Of a stretch of DNA of 64,000 nucleotides, positions 63,665 through 64,000 are shown one piece after another. Below the pieces are notes generated by a model, which did not search any database, had not been told where the DNA came from, and worked only from the letters and a program-made list of their open reading frames with translations. How positions within the stretch are numbered: the stretch's first letter is position 1; every line of letters starts with the position of its first letter. This DNA comes from an uncultured Spirochaetota bacterium (GTDB lineage Bacteria > Spirochaetota > Spirochaetia > SZUA-6 > Fen-1364). The translations under genes and the position numbers were made by a program. The stretch is from assembly GCA_963734545.1 (NCBI GenBank), contig CAVTHO010000008.1, forward strand, positions 128,001-192,000, in the 5' to 3' direction.

Positions 63665-64000
63665 GGAGCCCGGCCCCCATCGCGATGCGCGCGCCGCCGT
63701 CGGGACGGTTGGTGATCTCGAATGCCGCCTCGTCCCCGAAGGCGAGCCGCAATCTTTCGCAGGAATTGACGATTCCCATTCCCGAGATCGACATCGGGGA
63801 CAGGCCGCTCCCGCCTGCCGGCGGGCGGCAAGCCGCTCGGAGATGCGGGCCAGGGTTTCCGCCGCGAACCCGGGCCCGTTGTCGAGGATCTCCATGGCAC
63901 CACCGTCCGTCCACGCAGTTCCCGCGAATCTCGATGCGCCAGGGAGGACGCGCGGTGGTTCCGTACTTGAAGCAGTTCTCGATGAACGGCTGGAGAATCA
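63657..64000 (-). CDS. YesM-like histidine kinase, C-terminal part (window edge, frameshifted)
   Basis: ILQPFIENCFKYG, DNGPGF, GMGIVN..ERL. Confidence 0.8.
   Translation of the reverse strand, partial: ILQPFIENCFKYGTTARPPWRIEIRGNCVDGRWCHGDPRQRARVRGGNPGPHLRAACRPPAGGSGLSPMSISGMGIVNSCERLRLAFGDEAAFEITNRPDGGARIAMGAGLHG

Noticed and set aside
54583-64000. Genomic island integrated at tRNA-Arg
   Set aside because: No integrase, no att repeat seen, and downstream genes have host-like codon usage.

Overview
High-GC bacterial chromosomal window, most consistent with a free-living Spirochaetota (inferred from the FlgD-Ig/OmpA lipoprotein, the UPF0158-GNAT protein and the plastid-type GPAT). 1-30 kb is an accessory stress/redox region: racemase, decayed vapBC, AhpD-like proteins, P3A-type H+-ATPase, an ECF sigma/anti-sigma(CBM48) operon with uncharacterised envelope genes, a sigma54 two-component module, an arsR-acr3-arsP-thioredoxin-ccdA operon and degP. 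30-48 kb holds the trp operon (trpL-E-GD-CF-B-A), catabolic and housekeeping genes and eno. It is full of single-base frameshifts that look like long-read consensus errors. 49-64 kb has rpiA, rlpA, tRNA-Arg(CCT) and a sugar ABC/GH13_18 phosphorylase/kinase/LacI cluster. Best leads: (1) an ECF system with its own promoter motif, GCAACC-N16-GGTATAC, seen twice; (2) a trp attenuator with two terminators that appear coupled like dominoes; (3) a candidate stand-alone sucrose kinase beside a sucrose-6'-phosphate phosphorylase; (4) recurring regulatory motifs (3 Crp/Fnr-like boxes, 2 OmpR-like boxes, an orphan ZntR-like promoter); (5) a REP-like palindrome family, one copy of which lies inside trpF. 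No integrase, transposase, CRISPR array or rRNA was seen. All family calls come from motif recognition, not database searches.
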